DNA of 64,000 nucleotides, taken from NCBI GenBank assembly GCA_973895155.1, contig OZ316894.1:5934368-5998367 (forward strand), read 5' to 3'. A program made the position numbers and the translations under genes. Positions 48,203 through 61,917 of the stretch are shown piece by piece. Under the pieces are notes generated by a model. It ran no database searches. It saw only the letters and a list, made by a program, of their open reading frames with translations, and had not been told where the DNA came from. The stretch is from Marsupella aquatica (lineage: Eukaryota > Plantae > Marchantiophyta). The first letter of the stretch is position 1. Each line of letters starts with the position of its first letter.

Positions 48203-48740
48203 CTTGGTGTCAGCCATTGAATTCGTTTGGTACGTGTCATCACACTAGGAATCTCAGCATTTGCCCAGGGCTTCAGCACAAAGTCAAGTTTGTTACTGAT
48301 CAGTTGCAATTTTTGTAATTTCTGGTTGGATTTGCTGTGAACCAGCATTGCTTTTATGGGTGTGCTTGCGTTCTCCAGGATGACCCAGCTAGCTGGGAAG
48401 TTGGCCAAGGATTGTTAGTACACATAAGTTTTTCTCTTTTAATTTCCAGACAGATTTCCAGACAGTGTTGCATATATCCGTAAGGATCACAATGGGGCTG
48501 GGGTTTTGTTTGTGAATAGAGCTCTTGAACATGTGAAATTCCTGGAGTGTTGGAGGAGCATTTGAATCTCCTGCCATCTGATTCTCACTTTAATGCAGCT
48601 ATGGACAAAATGCTCTTTGTGTTCAAAGGTGAGGTGGCATCTGCTACAAATGCCAGAACACACCCCCACTTGCTGGCCCTGCCAAACAGTTTTTGCTCCA
48701 ACATCAAATATTGGTGGACACATCAACCCAGGCCAGGTTC
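48203..48740 (-). mobile_element. Degraded LINE (L1-like) ORF2 3' remnant
   Basis: zf-RVT-like CSRC-x4-EHKEHFVHSC...W followed by a VWKSVWK-like motif in adjacent frames. Confidence 0.55.
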
Positions 48741-48831
48741 ATTGAATGTGTTATGCACCACAAGTGTTTTAGTATTATTTTTCATGGCTTTTAAAAAAAT
48801 ATATTAACTCCTATAATAAAGGGTTGCGCCA

Positions 48832-51202
48832 TCTTACTATTAAAGCGCCAACTCAAGTCTACTTTTAAGAGCCTAGGTCTAGAGTGAAGCCTCTAGACCG
48901 TAACTCTATGGCCATCATGTGCAATGGAGAAACTCATGACATGATGTATGTACATACCAATTTTCCTTGATAATTTCTATATGCACTATGGCCCCACCAC
49001 AACATATGTGCATTAAAAAATACTCATGTGCACATAAAGGAGAAGAGTATATTATACTTGACTTCTAAAATGATGAATTTTTTTTATCATTTCATTAACC
49101 TTCAAAGAATATGGATAGAAAATATATTTTGATAATTTTTTATTGTACTCTCTGCTATTACGTTCAAAGAACGGGTAGTCGGGGCTAGTTTTTTGAAATA
49201 CTAGTCATTCAAAATTTACCACTTTTGGTGCCAAGTGAAATAACTCAGATATGCAAAGCAAAGCTAAGAGGACAAATAAAAAATAAAGCAACGGAAATAC
49301 ATGGAAGGAGAAGAAACCTTCTTGATATTCCTCATCATTTTAGCAAGTACAATACTTCCTTTTGATGTCCTCCTTGTACTATTAACAAATACACTCTTTG
49401 TCCAATCCCTCTTGGCCATTGTCTCATTTGTATTGACCCCTGTCCCAATGTACTCCTCATGTGCATGTAATGCAAGGAGAGTGTACACACCCTTGGTACT
49501 CATATGAAATCATTTTATGAAACCAAATATATTTGGCAAAATTCAACATATATTTGGATGAGATATATAACAAGGGGTTGGGGCCAAACTAGTCTTGGCT
49601 GGGGTGACAGGGTTTGGGGATACTTATATAAAGGGCAACCACATTTGACAACATCAAAAACTATAATAACATACCCCACCTTCTTTTTGTGCAGTGGTCG
49701 TCTTTTGAATTTGCAGGCCCAACAAATAAAGAAACTGACACATTAAGAGAAGGAATAAAACAATTACATGTAGTGTGAAGAAAGGAGTGACACCCAAGCA
49801 AGAAAAGGGAGCTGCCAAATGATGCACAAGAATCAAGTCACCATCCATCCATATCAACTGTTCCTCCCTCTACCTCCCTCTATTATTCTTTATAATTCTT
49901 TACCACTATAATAACTATCCCAGATTGTCACTTTACAAACTAATAAAAAGCAAGAATCAATCCTGACGCCTTCTTGCCTTGCCATCTTTTTCTCATCATG
50001 CCATCTTTTCTAACATTGACGTCTTTATCTCAGTGTGACTTTTTTTCTCACCCTCAACACCTTTTCTCTCCTTGATATATTTTCCTCACCTTGACATCTT
50101 ATCTTCAAGATTCTCACCTTAGTTAGTTGACATCTTTATCTCACCATGACATCTTTCCCAAGATCTTTCAATTCCCTCACTCTCGACATCTTTTTTCTCC
50201 TCAACATCTTTTCCTCATCCTGACATCTTTTTCTCACCTTGCCATCTTTTCTCTCCTTGACCGTATATTCGCTCACCTCCACTTCATTTCCTCACTTCAA
50301 CATTTTTTCTCTCATCAACATCTTTTTCAACTCAATATCTTTTCCTCACGTTGCCATCTTTTGTGCAAAGCATATTAAGTATCGGGCCCAAGATGTACTT
50401 AACGATATCTTTGACTAACTACATACTTTACTTATTGATCATTTTCTACTTAACAACATCTTTATATTTAATGGCATCTTTGGCATAACGGCATCATTTG
50501 CGCCACGACATCTATTTATTTGACAAAAGAAATTACTTGACAACATTTTGGGTGATACGACATCTTTAGCAAAATAACTTCTTTTTCCTTAACAACATAT
50601 TTTTACTTCATGACATCTTTCATATAACAACATCTTGGGCAACACAACATCTTTGCTCTTAATGACATCTTGGCTCGGGGGTCTCACTATGTGGATGCCT
50701 CCCCATCACCTACAACATTTTTAGGCCTCAGACCCCCTAATATGTAAGAAAAAATATTATTATTCAACCCCTATAAAGTTGGAATATTCTTGTAATATTC
50801 TGAAAGTTTAGTTATAAGGACCCTAATGTTCTTATAAGTCTCAAAATTTGATTTAAAAGACCCAATTGTTCTTCTCAAAAAATTCTTAAGTCTTCCCTTT
50901 GCATGAACCAATAAAATGACCCTATACTTCATCGCACGTGATGTGCCATTTTTGTGGAAGTGAACCCCCAAGTATCTTGGGCGTCACGACACCTTTTTTC
51001 TTAACAACATCTTCTTTCTTAACAAAATCTTGGGCAACACGACATCTTTTTTCTTAACGACATCTTGGGCAACACAATGTATGTTTTCTTGACAACATAT
51101 ATCTTGGGCGAAACGACATATTTTTTTCTTAATGACATCTTGTGCAACACGACATCTTTTTTTTCACGAGTTCTTTTGTGCAACGCACGGGTATTGAGCT
51201 AG
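48832..51202 (+). mobile_element. Probable non-autonomous Helitron
   Basis: 3' end GTGCAACGCAC hairpin (51178-51188) then CTAG|T at 51199-51203; candidate 5' end A|TCTTACTATTAAAG at 48832 (alternative about 49879); internal GACATCTTT array. The 5' boundary is uncertain. Confidence 0.55.
49960..51165. repeat. Degenerate (G/A)ACATCTTT low-complexity repeat array
   Basis: Dozens of GACATCTT/AACATCTT/GCCATCTT motifs at ~20-bp spacing, interrupted at about 50680-50970. Confidence 0.8.
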
Positions 51203-51218
51203 TTGAAATATAAACCTA

Positions 51219-51537
51219 CACAGTTCATCGTAATGAGTGTTATGCAAGAATTAGTGTTAGTAAAAAATGAGTGTTACTAACACTGATTTTGAGTCCAAGT
51301 AACACTAGTTTTTGTCGGTTTTCAAAACAAAGTTTTTTCACTTTAGTTTAAATTGCTTGTAAAAAATGGAAGTCTGATCTTAGTCCAAAGTAACACTAAT
51401 TGTTGTGGATTTTTCAAAATAGTTGTTTTCTCTCTATTTTGCCACTCTTAAGACCACAGTAACACTTATTCATGTGTGCAAAAATAGTGTTAGCACACAT
51501 GAATTAGTGTTAGTCACACTAATTATGGTGAACAGTG
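51219..51537. mobile_element. 319-bp MITE with 22-bp imperfect TIRs and TA target duplication
   Basis: CACAGTTCATCGTAATGAGTGT vs reverse complement of right end CACTGTTCACCATAATTAGTGT (18/22); TA on both sides; internal AGTGTTA/TAACACT repeats. Confidence 0.75.
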
Positions 51538-53051
51538 TAGGGTTTTCCCCGCCTCCAAACCAGTTACCCAAGCTTACTCAAAAGGTGGTTCCCTCTTTTG
51601 AAGGAAAACAAATTATGTGCCTTGGCCGCCCAAGGCTTTCTTTGGTTGGAGTGAGGCACTTTTGTTTGTCTTTCTTGTGGTCCACTGTCGGTTGTTTTTG
51701 TTTATCTTTCCTCTGGTCCCTCAGCTTTTGTATTTCTTTGGAGCTTGTCATTCTTGCCACCGTGCGTTGCTGGTTTTTGTCACGGATACACTCAGCGCTC
51801 ATTCACCTTTCATTACACACAGACAAAAATAAATAATAAATAAACAAATAAACAAACAAACAAACAAACAAAGAGATGGGTAAGGGAGAATTTAGAAGTA
51901 GTGGGATTTGCTACATTGAGAATGTGTTTTTGTTATTTAGTAGTTGCCACCTTTTTCCACGTCCGTCAAACAAAGTACCTTTAGTTTGGAATGATTCAAT
52001 GGTCATATACTTTCCAATATTCATCATTGGATGGTTGTCCTCATCCTCAACTGAACTGCAACACCCTGGCCCACCCTCAACCTGGGAGGTGGGAGTGGGG
52101 CAGCTAACCAGGAGGGAGCAAAACAAGTAAGGGAGGGAACAAAGTAAGATACCCAACTCAATGTTGAGGTTTGGAAAATGTGTTGTGGTTAGAGTAGAAG
52201 ACATAGATGATCATCTAATGGTGAAACCTAACCTAACGTTGACCACAAAATTGTTTTAGATAAACCAGCGTTACTTTAGTTAACAATAGCTGGGAAAAAA
52301 TTGGAAAAGTAATACTTAGGCAACATCATAGTAACATGTCCCACCAACAAAATCCTTTCTTCCTTTTAGAAAATGAGAAAAGGCAGGAAGTAATCCTGGC
52401 CCTTTGTAATCTGATTTTTCTGGCACCATCAGATCCCCCAGGCACTCTTCTTGTCCCAAATGTCTGTCTTAGCTGCCCTTAGCCTGCCCAAAAAACATTT
52501 TGAAAATTAAATTAACAGAAACATTGAGAATTTTCATTAAGAAATTTGAAAACTCAGAATGGATATAAAACTAAAAATTTTGATTGATGAATTGATTAGT
52601 TTTTTTTAAGTACTCCCTCTTACTGCACGACCATGCTTAGACTTCATAATGTGGCGGCCACTGTCACCCATCTTGCGTCCACATGCTCTAACCTTTGTCC
52701 TTCCAACAACAACACTATAACAATAACAATACTGACCAATATGACAATATTTTTGCAACAACAACAACCCATCCAAAATTATGAGACTTCCACATCCACG
52801 TACTATGATAGACAGTCCCATGGTTTTTACCATGGTTGTTTAAAAAAATTGATGTTTTCAGTGCCAAGGAAAGAGTGAGATTAAATTACAATGTATTTTA
52901 TTCAACCCCCTTGTACTACGACATCTTTTATGTAACAATGTATTTTAAGCAATCAAACCCTAAATGCAACACCTCTTTTGTGGAATGGCCTCCTTTACCC
53001 AATTACATCTTCAAGGTAATCATTTTTAGAAATATTAACAAAATCTCTTAG

Positions 53052-54115
53052 GCAAAGGATGTATCTAAACAAGTAAATCTCAGTTGGGTTCTCTACAAGC
53101 TATTGAGCTAGTTCAACTGAAAAATGGACAAAGGATGCATCCAAACAAGTAAATCTCAGTTCGGGTTCTCTAGAAGGCATTGACCTAGTTCATTGGAAAA
53201 TGGACAAAGGATGCATCTAAAAAAGTAAATCTCAGTGAGGGTTCTCTGCAAGGCATTGAGCTAGTTCAACTGAAAAATGGACAACGTATGCATCTAAACA
53301 AGTAAATCACAGTTTGGATTCTCTACAAGCTATTGAGCGAGTTCAACCGAAAAATTGGACAAAGGATGCATCTAAACAAGTAAATCTCAGTTTGGATTCT
53401 CTACAAGCTATTGAGCGAGTTCAACGGAAAAGATTGGACAAAGGATGCATCTAAACAAGTAACTCTCATTTTGGGTTATCTACAAGGTATTGAACGAGTT
53501 CAACCGAAAAATGGACAAAGGATGCATCTAAACAAGTAAATCTCAGTTTGGATTCTCTACAAGCTATTGAACGAGGTCAACTGAAAAAATGGACAAAGGA
53601 TGAATGTAAAACAAGTAAATCTCAGTTTGGGTTCTCTCCAAGGTATTGAACGAGTTCAACTGAAAAAATGGACAAAGGATGAATGTAAAACAAGTAAATC
53701 TCAGTTTGGGTTCTCTACAAGCTATTGAGCAATCGAGTTCAACTGAAAAAATGGACAAAGGATGCATCTAATCAAGTAAATCTCAGTTTGGGTTCTCTAC
53801 AAGGCATTCAACGAGTTCAACTGAAAAAATGGACAAAGGATGAATGTAAAACAAGTTAATCTCAGTTTGGGTTCTCTACAAGCTATTGAGCAATCGAGTT
53901 CAACTGAAAAAATGGACAAAGGATGCATGTAAACAAGTAAATCTCAGTTTGGATTCTCTACAAGGCATTGAGCGAGTTCAACTGAAAAAAATGGACAAAG
54001 GATGCATCTAAACAAGTAAATCTCGGCTTGGGTTCTCGACAAGGTATTGAGCGATCGAGTTCAACTGACAAAATGGACAAAGGATGCATTTAAACAAGTA
54101 AACCTCAGTTGGTGA
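53052..54115. repeat. Tandem satellite, ~77-82-bp unit, about 14 copies
   Basis: Unit GGACAAAGGATGCATCTAAACAAGTAAATCTCAGTTTGGGTTCTCTACAAGCTATTGAGCGAGTTCAACTGAAAAAT repeated head-to-tail with no unique spacers. Confidence 0.97.
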
Positions 54116-54726
54116 TACTACAAGTGGTATACTCGAGAGAAATTGTGTTTTCGAAAAAGTGCACTCTTCATCAAACGGCTGAAACGGTGGTGAATCAATG
54201 GAGACTAAAATAATAATACCAGCCTTAGCCAAAGGCTCTAAGTTTCAGATTCTCCAATGACGACGATCGGCATCCTCCCGAGAAGCTGATGCACTGAGAG
54301 AGTCTCGCATTTTGATTACTTGTCTCGGCGCAGGATTTTTCATCGAGCCACCATTCTCTCAGACGGGAAGGAGCATTTCATGATCCTGCCTGCGAGGAAG
54401 GAATCGTGCTCCCAAATTTGTCGACGACCTAGTGTTTGATTTACGAACTGGTCTGAATTCGGAGCACGTCGATCGAGATATCTGGAACAAGCTGTGCGGA
54501 AATTCACGTCCTGCTGACGTAATTGGACTTTGCAAAAGTGGTGTAGTAATTGATGCTAAGGAGAGATTGAGTTTGAGGTTGCAGATTGTGAAATGTATTT
54601 GGTGACGAGGAGAAACGGGAAGGAGTGGAGTTGTGTTTGAGGAAGGGGAAGGGGAAGAGGAAGAGGAAGAGGAGGGGATTGGGGCATACAGAGTTTTCTA
54701 GGTTGTCCATTCTCCACTCGCTTTTA

Positions 54727-57700
54727 ATGCAGACAGCATGTTTGCTCCGAAGATCATGGTCACAGTTGCAAACGGTGTGTCGAGAAATTGTCATTGTCCG
54801 ATCGAGCTGCGCGGCACCCTCGTCCCGGGGGCGGACGGACTCCCAGAGTTTTATCTGCATCGTGCGGGAGAGGTTTTTCTCAGTGTCAATCGATGAGGCT
54901 AGGACCTCGTCGCCAATCCGGGGCTCCGGAAAGATTGGTCGCCATCTTGCTACATTTGGACATGAGTACTGGTGTACCAATCGTTCTAATGGTGTTCAAG
55001 TGGGCTTCAAGAAACTTCCCTCAGGACTTTCCAGGGCCACAGGAGTGTCTGGAGCACTCAGTAGTTCGGAGGACACTAATGCTCGACGTGAGGACATTCT
55101 CGTCAGCTGTGAATCGAGATGCTGGAATGAACTTGCTTCTTACACCAAGAACCAGGAGGAGGAGGAGAAGGCAGGGGAGGTGCTCGGAATGGAGGATAAC
55201 GCTGGGTTTAAAGGGGTTCAATGGACGGGCACAAGAAAGAAGAATGGTTGTGAATCCGCGCAGCCGCTGGATGAGGAGAGAAGGCTCTTGACAATGCGCG
55301 ACGAGAGCAGAGGAACCGAGCCGAATGTCGCTGCCAGGGAGCATTTTGTGTATCCGTCATCGGCAGAAATTGCCCAACGTGTAGACCCCAGGAGCAAGCT
55401 TGGCAATGCCATTTTCACCCCACCTTTTCACAGATGTACGTTCTCAACCCGGGATGAATGACTGAAATAAATGAAGAATTTGTTCACTTTGGTTTAAAAG
55501 TTTTCCTATAAATGATAATGTGCAGAGTAGTCGATAGTTTTCACATTGAATAGTCCACGGGGGAAGCCCAATTGGTTCATGTGAACATGTCTGCCAAGAT
55601 CCAAAGTCTCTCAACACAAGACACAATTACACTAAACAAGGGAAACGTTTTGTTTAATTCGCTAATCTCCTCTTGATGCCTAAGGAAGAGACAGAGCGAT
55701 ATTATTTCAATGCCCGACATGAAAAGCTTGGAGCGTCCATTCGATGTTCTTTGACACTTCATTGTACAATTCAAATAGATGGCTTTGGGACTGGGAAGGT
55801 GTTTTCAATTGTTTGTATTCTGTTTCATGACGTTCGTTTTTGGATATGAGGCTATGCATCCTCCTTCAAACTTCAATGACCATTGTCAGTATATAGCGAT
55901 TCTCACTTCAATGGTTGCAAGAGTTCGTATGAAGATATATGCGAAATCCAACTTCTGCAATGGTTGTGTGACGTAAACATTGCACTGACCTTAGGCTTCT
56001 CGCAGAAGGGGTTGTTACACTGCTCGCAGCCGGTTTCTGATTCTATGTTGTTTCTGTTCCGTCCTGTGCGAAGCTCGCAGGACCTTTAGAAAATTTGACC
56101 GGAAGCTTGGACAGGATGTACTGTCCTGCTTTTGATTGAGATAGAAGCAAAACACAAAACCTAGGTGTTCAGATTTTTGGGAGTAACTTGGGCTTAGTTC
56201 CAGTCGGGTCACATAAGGGACCAATGAATTTTCGCTAACTCTTGGCAGTATGACTATTTGTAGCGTACAGCTCAGTAGGCTCCCCTCCTGCCAACTCAGA
56301 GGGAACCGTAGACGCAGATAAACGGGACACAACGGCCTTCCATTACAGGTGCATAACTCATGACCTTCCTCGGATTGTCAGGCGTGCAGAGTTTCCTTGA
56401 AGTCCTGGCAAGCTGCTGGATGAATCTATTTTCAGTAGATACGTGACTTAACCTATACGTGGACTTTTTTGCCCTTCTGCTCGGTGTAGAAAAGTTCTCT
56501 ATCGCTCTGAATGTCGGCTGCTCTTTGTTACAGTCAACGAGCGGTGGTCACTGCCCTCGGGACCAATTTTCTTGTATTTTCTCTGAAGCTAGGGGTCTGG
56601 ATAATGACCTCAAGCCATGTCATGTTGGCTGAAGCCATCCATTCGTTGGCAGATTTGGCAAATCAGGTATCGTGCTGGTCGTAGCATTGTCTGATTTAAA
56701 CGTTGAATCCTCTGTCTGGTGTTCTGGGTTGACGGGAAGTTTTGGCTCAGCCGATAATCCATACTTTTTCCGCTCTTTTTTGTCTGACCTGCCATATCAT
56801 CCGTCTTTTCCACAGGGTTTAATTGCATACGGCTTGTATAGTTCCAGAAGAGCACCAGATGCTATCCACCCGTAAGATACAGGCTGAGTCATCTCATCAT
56901 AATTTTCAGTTTGCTAAAGAAGTACTCCGTCATGAAGGATTCTGGTTTACAATCTTTCACAAAGCCAGATCTGTAGTAGGAATCTCATCTTTACGGGCAC
57001 TTCAGTGAGAAAGTTTTTGAAGTGATGTTGGTTCTTGCTGGTCAGGTATGGTTACACCAAAGAACGCTTTGTGTGGTCGTTGATCTCAGCTGTTGGCATC
57101 TTCTGTCTTGGGGCGGGGGCAACCATAATTCATGGGGTGCAAAACTTGTGGAATGCTGAGGTAGGCATCCAGACATCCTTCCCAGATGTTTGTCCGCAAG
57201 ACTTCATAGCTGCAGTTCAGCGGTATCTTGCCAGTCGGAAAAGAGTGGTATACCAGCCTATTTTCAATAATGTGAGATATTGTAAAGCAAGAAGTTTTAT
57301 CTATGTCTCTGCGTTCTACTTTTGTGAATCCAACGCCTTTTACGAAATATGAGTAACTGCACGATCTCTTTGCAGCCATTAGAAAACGTGTATCTGGCCG
57401 CGTTCGTGATAATTGGATCAGTGGTCATGGAAGGTATTTTCGAGGATATTTCTCGTACTTTGGGTGTCTTTGTCTATTACCAGTCGGTTTTTTGTAAATT
57501 TGAATTTTATCATACGCAAGTTTAATGGGAACCAGCTGAGAGGGCTGAAATTTGTACCATCTTGGACTGTTTAACGATGACAACTTCATGCAGGGGCGTC
57601 ACTTCTTGTTGCCATCAGTTGTGTGAGGAATGGGGCAAAAGCCGAAGGCATGACCGTGAAGGATTATCTTTGGCGTGGCCACGATCCAACATCTGTGGCT

Positions 57701-59482
57701 GTGATGATGGAGGTTCTACCTGACCTGACTCTCCTCGATTGACACATTCACTTCTTTGAATGATTGGTTGGTTAATCTAGAATGCTCTGGAGGTTTGCTT
57801 GCTCTTTTCGGGATTTAAATTTCGGGAGTTGTTTTGCCTGAGGAAGAAATTGAAAATTTCCTGTCAAGTGAAAATATTGACCATATCTGCCCTTTTTATG
57901 CGACAAATTGAGTCCAGTGCTATGACTTACGTGGATTCTTCGTTAGGATCTCTTTGCTGTGCATGTTGAACTGTATGTGTAAGTGATCTCGTCAATCTCT
58001 GTCTATACAGGATGGTGCTGCTGTTACAGGTCTGGCCATTGCAGGTTTGGCTTTGACTGCGGCACACTACACTGGAAATCCAATGTGGGACCCAATTGGT
58101 TCCATTGTAGTTGGTAATTTGCTTGGGGCAGTGAGTATGGTTCTTTGTGTTCACTTCTAATTTTGGCCCTCGCTGTATTTCTATTTATGTGCTATGATAA
58201 TGTGGTGTTTAAAGAATTATAAGACTAGGCAAGTTGTCCATTTTTTAGAACTTCGCAATGTCTAGTTGTTTTCAAAGCATCTTGCAGCTCAGATACATGG
58301 TGTGCGCAGGTTGCAATATTTCTCATCCAGCGAAATCGTCATGCTCTTCTTGGCCGATCCATGGACCAAGAAGACATGATGCGTGTCTTGAATCTGCTAT
58401 CTAAAGACCCTGTAAGTCATTCCTCTGTCGGAGTTGCCTTACTTTATACAACAATTTTCTAAGAATGAAAGACACGAAACCAGTTTCTACTAGTAGAAGG
58501 TTATTTGAGCATACAGTTGCTGCAGGTTGTGGATGCCATTTATGACTGCAAGAGTGAAGTGATTGGTCCTGGAGCATACAGGTTCAAGGCAGAAATAGGT
58601 AAGCCCGTGCCACTTTACATCCAACATTTGCGTCCTGTCACAACTATTTAAGTTAAGATGGCCCGTCTAGAGCAGCCATTTCTTAGATACGCTTCAAAAG
58701 GAATAAATAAGATGATTTTGGGTTTTAAATTGAAACCTAAATCATTAACATCATGTAAGTTGTCTGCTCATATGTGCTAGTTTTTCCGTGACTGCATTCT
58801 GACCAAGTATTCTGGTCCTTCATACCTGCCAGATTTCAATGGTGTAAATATTGTTCAAAACTATATTCGAAGAGCCGGGCGTGGAAACTGGCACAAAGAG
58901 GTAATTGAAGCCTTTGGAGTGAATGCACATTCTCAGCTCTGGTAAACTTTCTCATAAAATTAAATTCTTGGTATTCTTATTTCAGTGTTATTTGATGTAC
59001 ATTGATATTGGCACTGTTTGTACAGTTTCAAGATGCTGTGAGCAATCCAGAACCAGGTCATCTTGACCGAGTCATGGCAGCATATGGTATTGCCTTTCCA
59101 CCTTGACAAATTGTTGTCAAACTGAATCTAGTCTTGATGAAGGATGTTGTGTGTAAGGGAAATTAGTTCCGACCACGCGGTTGGAAATTTATACAACTCC
59201 TCACACGCAAGTTGCTATTGGCTAGAAGCATCTCTGACTGTCTTCGTAGTCTTCCTATTGTTCTCCTGGCATCCATATATACCGATAGATTCAATGTTGC
59301 TTGCAGGAGAAGAGATTGTGTCAGCTCTCGGAGGTGAGGTGGACAGACTGGAGAGAGAAATTCAAAAAGTTGTCCCTGGTATCCGTCACGTGGACATTGA
59401 GGCCCATAATCCAAACGGTCCTCTACCTCGAGAGAAGCTCTACCTTCCTTACAGATCACAAGATAATTTATTATCCAAATAG
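54727..59482 (+). CDS. MTPC4: Metal tolerance protein C4 / ZnT9-type cation diffusion facilitator, multi-exon, with a transit-peptide-like N-terminus
   Basis: QRAVVTALGTNFLVFSLKLGVW...MLAEAIHSLADLANQ, APDAIHPYGYTKERFVWSLISAVGIFCLG, GHDPTSVAVMMEDGAAVTGL, WDPIGSIVVGNLLG, DCKSEVIGPG...FKAEIDFNG, EVDRLEREIQKVVPGIRHVDIE; GT-AG introns. The 5' exon (ATG 54727) is less certain. Confidence 0.93.
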
Positions 59483-60565
59483 CTGTCCTGTTTGTCCCCA
59501 ATGCAATAGGAATCTACAAGGTGACCATGGAGGGGGCACAGTGAACCTTAGTTTTGTCTGCAAGCCTATCAGGGACCTGAGAGATTAGGTCATGCAATCA
59601 CTACTTAACGGGGTTAACCTGGTTTTTCGGCAAGTGGTGAAGCTCAGGTCTTGTGTGGTAATTGGTAGGTGCCGGAACTGCATCGATTTCTCGGCCATGT
59701 GACGTTAACATAACACATTCAAGGACCGTTTCTAGTAACACGTCCTGGAAGTCCCAATAATTGTCCATTAGCAGATACTGATTTGACCCTGCGTGGTAAC
59801 AGAGACAGCAGTATGAAAGATTTGTGGACAGGAGCAAACGGATGGGGGAGAGCTACGACAGGCAGAAGGCGAATAGCTAAAGCCAGGTCTTCAACAATTT
59901 AATTCTTGTACATGTGTACTGTAATGATATAATTTGGACCACAATGGTCTGCTTGGTAATTTTGTTCTGTGGATCTAGTTCTGGTACTCCATCACCAGGC
60001 GGATAACATTTTGTCTTTATCGAGTTGAGCTACAGTTTTGTACCTGACCCTGGTGCCACGCTATAGAGTTGGAAGTTACCATCACAAATGCAGTCATGAC
60101 GGTCAATATTATAATTATAATGCGTCCTTGCATCCAACTCAAATGACTGGAATGACCCATCTGCCGTCTGACACAAAGGTTGGACATGATTGGTAGGTGT
60201 GCCGGATTCAAACCCAAAACCAATTTTACCTCAAGAAGCAGAACTTAAAAGCTGGTGAAGCTCAAGAGGCTGTACACTGAAGAAGATTGCAAGAAGTTTT
60301 CATTGCTGTATGACATCTTTGTAACCTTGGAGCTCTTCGTGCGGTCAAGTCTTACCCTGTATGGAAGCTTTAACAAAAGCACCACTTGTGCATTGGCCGT
60401 TTCTGGAATGATCTACTGTAATGAGTACAAAATTTTGTGTTTAAATAAAGTTTGAAGGTGAAAGGACCTCCCTTTCAGATTGGGCAACAAGGGCCTGCAC
60501 TGAAACCACACCTGCCTATATAAACGCCCCATTCCCTCCTCCCTACTCCTCATTCCTGTTCTGTA

Positions 60566-60862
60566 GAAGGGTGAAGCACTCATCACCTTTTGTGGAGCTC
60601 AAGCCCATTTCTGAGTGTGTGCACTTTATAATGAGAGCACTTGCCAATGAAAGGTGAAGCACTAGTCATTTTTTGTGGAGCTCAAGCCCATTTCTGAGTG
60701 TGTGCACTTTATAATGAGAGCTTTGGGTAACCCGTAGCTCTGTATAGGGGCCAGTGTGGTTTAAGATTCAGCTCTGTATAGGGGTCATTATGGTCCTTTG
60801 TAGAGGAGCCAGTGTGGTTTAAGATTCAGCTCTGTATAGGGGCCATTGTGGTATAAGATTTA
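60566..60862. repeat. Short local direct repeats (a ~70-bp pair, then a ~35-55-bp triple)
   Basis: GGTGAAGCACT...GTGGAGCTCAAGCCCATTTCTGAGTGTGTGCACTTTATAATGAGAGC twice; GCCAGTGTGGTTTAAGATTCAGCTCTGTATAGGGG repeated. Confidence 0.85.
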
Positions 60863-61846
60863 ATCACACTCTGAGTTTATTGATACAGTTAACTGCCATG
60901 TAGTATGAATGCTGGTGTGTTGCCAGTATGTTGTTGTGACGGTGCTATTGTTATAGAAGTCAATTGTCATTTAGGCTGGGCTGTGGCCATGTTGTTGTTG
61001 TTGTGGTTGTTGCTTCTTGTTGTTTTGGGTATGGCATGGGTGCAACTGTGTTGTGGTTGTTGAAGTGTCACCATTGTGATCAGGCAGGGTTGATCCAAAA
61101 GCAATGTCATTCCTTTGTATGTTCATTTGTTATGGAAATTAGGTATCGTTGCTAGGTGAACATGGGAGCAGATCTGAAGAGGATTCTGGGCACACAAATG
61201 TGGCCCCCTATTTTCCCCTCCCCTCTTCGATGTTCCATTTTCCCCCTCTTACCCCTCATTTTCTCCCTCCCTTTCCAGTCCTCTCCCTTCCCACCTCCCC
61301 TTGCCCTACTGTCAAGGGCCTCTACCCTCTCCCCCTGCCTTGTCCTGCCCCTTGCCTCCATCCCATGACTCCTCCCGATCCTCTCCTGCTGCCCTTGCTC
61401 TCCTCAGGCTCCCCTCTCACTTCTGTCTTCCCTCCCTACCCTCTCCTCTGCTCAATCCTCCCGTGCCCCTGGCTCAGCACACCCATGTTTTGGCCCCTCT
61501 CACACAGTAGGTCCTAATGACGTTAGCATGGTACGGGAGGGGGAGACAAAGTGATAAGCGTATAGGATAATGACGGTCTGGGCACAGGGTAACTAGGTTG
61601 TAACCCTGTGACCAAACAGTGAAGAAAAGCTTATGGGTGGAAGCTGGGAGTCCCTAGCTAGGCTTCTAGTCTGAACCCTGTTCTGGGAAATAGTAGAGAC
61701 CTCCAAAAATGATTACACACAAGTGTCCTTTTTACGGAGGAGATCCACCCATGGGCAGTGCTGCAACCTCCTGCCTCTGAGCGGGGGAGAGACCGGCCAA
61801 CACGGATCTGGGTGTCCTCAAAGACTGTAGGAGGTGAGGGTCAGGC

Positions 61847-61917
61847 AGGACAGAGAGGGAGGGTTTAAGTTTAGGGTTTAGGACAGAGAGGGAGGGTTTA
61901 AGTTTAGGGTTTAGGAC
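61847..61917. repeat. 33-bp tandem duplication with TTTAGGG-like motif
   Basis: AGGACAGAGAGGGAGGGTTTAAGTTTAGGGTTT twice. Confidence 0.8.

Noticed and set aside
53052-54115. CRISPR-like array
   Set aside because: Units are head-to-tail with no unique spacers, there are no cas genes, and the context is eukaryotic.
61862-61913. Interstitial telomere
   Set aside because: Only one or two TTTAGGG units within a short duplication.
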